NCBI GenBank assembly: GCA_965285935.1
Contig: OZ260662.1
Location: 7,688,001-7,752,000, forward strand
DNA length: 64,000 nt
Direction of reading: 5' to 3'
Source of the DNA: Ophelia neglecta
Lineage: Eukaryota
The translations under genes were made by a program, and so were the position numbers. Position 1 is the stretch's first letter; every line of letters starts with the position of its first letter. A model generated the notes under the pieces. It was not told the origin of the DNA. It saw only the letters and a program-made list of their open reading frames with translations, and did no database searches. Below are positions 62,200 through 64,000 of this stretch, in pieces.

Positions 62200-63083
62200 C
62201 TGAAAGACAGAAAACAATAACATTAACACGGTGAACAGACAGAAATCCTTTATATTCTTATGCTCTACTTATTATACATTGATCTAATAATTCGATTTAT
62301 TTATTCATTGGTGTATATTTTTCTATAACGTATCTAATATTGTTATTATTGATGTATTATTTTATAAAGAGCAACACAATTTATCATTACTACTTTGCTC
62401 TTTCACTAAATATCATCATCTCTCCACATTTTAATTTCTGTATTAATTTTAGTTAATGGTCTTGAGTGTATTAATATTTGTGCAACTTTTATGTTACATG
62501 TTCCTTTTAATTTGTATGCAAATAATTCAGCGACTGACGTAAATAAAATGTATATCTATTTATCTAAATACACGTTACGGTTAGACCGTATGAAGTGTAA
62601 CCTGCATTAAGTATATACAATCAAATAAAAAGATTTCTTTGAAGGTCTATCTTGTACTCAGTGTATTTCATACAATATGCATTCAGTAAACATATTTCTA
62701 AATCAAGGTCTTTTTCAACTGTCATATGCTTCTTGTGTTGTTTCCTTGGTGCACCAATGCACTTTGATGTTACCATTATCTATGTTATCGCTCTGTCGGT
62801 CCTATAACCTGTTTCCATCTTTCAAAATACCAATGTTGTCTGTATGTCTATACATAGTGATTCTTCATAATCACTAATATTTGCATATCGGTGTATTTAT
62901 CATGTTTTATAAGGCAATAACCATTTGTTATTGTGTACTTTCATCAAGATACATTCAAACACTAATACAACATAACGGGCCGCTTAGCACGAGTCTGAAC
63001 GCCTGACGTTTTAACAGAGGACGCCATTTTGGATTTGATATTTTAGCTACTGTGTTAAGCGATCACGTGATCGTGGTACTGAC

Positions 63084-63164
63084 CCGTCTCCAGGCGTAGA
63101 TGTACGCCACGTCCATCATGGTGTAGTCCTCGTCTAAACTCTCGTCCGAGTGGAAGATCTCGAC
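63084..63164 (-). CDS. Psc: Penultimate coding exon of the Psc/BMI1-class PCGF gene (RAWUL domain C-terminal part)
   Basis: ttttttcgcccag|GTCGAG...AGACGG|gtcagt; 81 nt, phase 0-0. Translates VEIFHSDESLDEDYTMMDVAYIYAWRR, close to BMI1 [27 protein letters not shown]. RING and upstream exons lie outside the window. Confidence 0.93.
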
Positions 63165-63343
63165 CTGGGCGAAAAAATACATTTATAAAATACAATAAGA
63201 CATGGTGAAACCTCGTCTAAACTCTCGTCCGAAAGGAAGATCTCGACCATGGCGAGAAAAATACACTTATAAAATACAATAAGACATAGTGAACCGCGTC
63301 TAAACTCTCGTCCGAGTAGAAGATCTCGACATGGGCGAAAAAA
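63128..63343. repeat. 83-bp tandem repeat (~2.5 copies) spanning the Psc intron/exon boundary
   Basis: CGTCTAAACTCTCGTCCGA at 63131, 63214 and 63297. Confidence 0.93.
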
Positions 63344-64000
63344 GTCAAAGGAGTCATTCTGCAGCCACGTTTTAACTCTGGTCTGAGTGAAAGAAATCAA
63401 CCAGAATCGAGAAATTTGAATAAAAAACAAATATTCGAATTTCTTATTTCGGTTAGTGATTGCATCTATTTTCATTAAAGCACAATAAATTGCTCCTAAA
63501 ACCGGGAATTTAAAAATAACAAAACTAAACAAAGCGTAGCAATGACATTCCGATCAGTGCTCTAGAGTGATGGTGACTTCGGTTTTCTGTTGTAGATCAA
63601 AAGTTTGCCTGCCGTTTTAATACTAGTTAGATTTGGTGTAATCAGAAATGCGGTGTAACCCGCTAGTCTTTGTCCGGGAGTCGAGTGTGCCGTGAAACAC
63701 GACTGTGTAATGGAGAGCTATCATGTCAAGCGGCGTTTACTTTGAAGGTCAGATCATGTGACATTGGAATCCATACTGAGTTTGTAAACAATGGACGGCT
63801 AAAACCGAGCAATCTCAAATCAGCGTCTCGGACTGGGGGGGTCGATAAGACAGGTGTCATAGAGTACACGGGTGTCGGAGTCAACCCGGCAAGGAAGGAG
63901 TTCCGGGGGGAGGCCATGTTTTAACAGTCAAACTCATATATTGTGGAGAATAAAATTGAAAAAAGGCATATAAACCCTTACTACATTATTCAAATATTGC

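Noticed and set aside
59233-62220. Several plus-strand and alternate-frame ORFs up to 253 aa
   Set aside because: Shadows of the GC-rich Psc exon.
62200-62229. ORF-track start MLMLLFSVFQ for the 1059-aa ORF
   Set aside because: This is the intron polypyrimidine tract and acceptor; the true exon begins at 62199.
63134-63924. ORFs 63134-63532, 63670-63924 and 63726-63917 as further Psc exons
   Set aside because: No PCGF similarity apart from the duplicated exon fragment; the expected upstream exon (RYLxCPA...HLxKF) is not seen in the window.

Overview
Eukaryotic (bilaterian invertebrate; the lineage is not determinable from the sequence) genomic window with three N-gaps. The only protein-coding gene I can recognise is at the right end on the minus strand: the last two exons of a Polycomb PCGF gene of the Psc/BMI1 (PCGF2/4) class. 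An 81-nt exon (63084-63164, VEIFHSDESLDEDYTMMDVAYIYAWRR, end of the RAWUL domain) splices in frame to a 3.15-kb terminal coding exon (59050-62199). That exon encodes about 1,050 aa of disordered C-terminal region carrying an AT-hook, 19-aa Pro-rich repeats, a long acidic block, a PY motif and a CtBP-type motif. The remaining ~58 kb has no recognisable coding exons. It holds two near-identical tRNA-Ser genes (UGA and AGA), a decayed Gypsy-type LTR-PBS-gag remnant, CR1/L2 and I/Nimb LINE 3' fragments, about 10 copies of a Tc1/pogo-type MITE, two Harbinger-like MITEs and many minisatellites. It also has a high density of YY1/Pho-, CTCF- and RFX-like motifs, consistent with a regulatory or large-intron landscape. 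The most unusual observations are: local tandem duplication of both a Psc splice acceptor (AG lost in each copy) and its stop-codon region; repeats grading into an AT-hook; roughly 20-fold enrichment of the palindrome TAGGCCTA, possibly a transposon footprint; and an orphan ATG|GTAAGT candidate first exon. No prokaryotic-type system such as CRISPR is supported.
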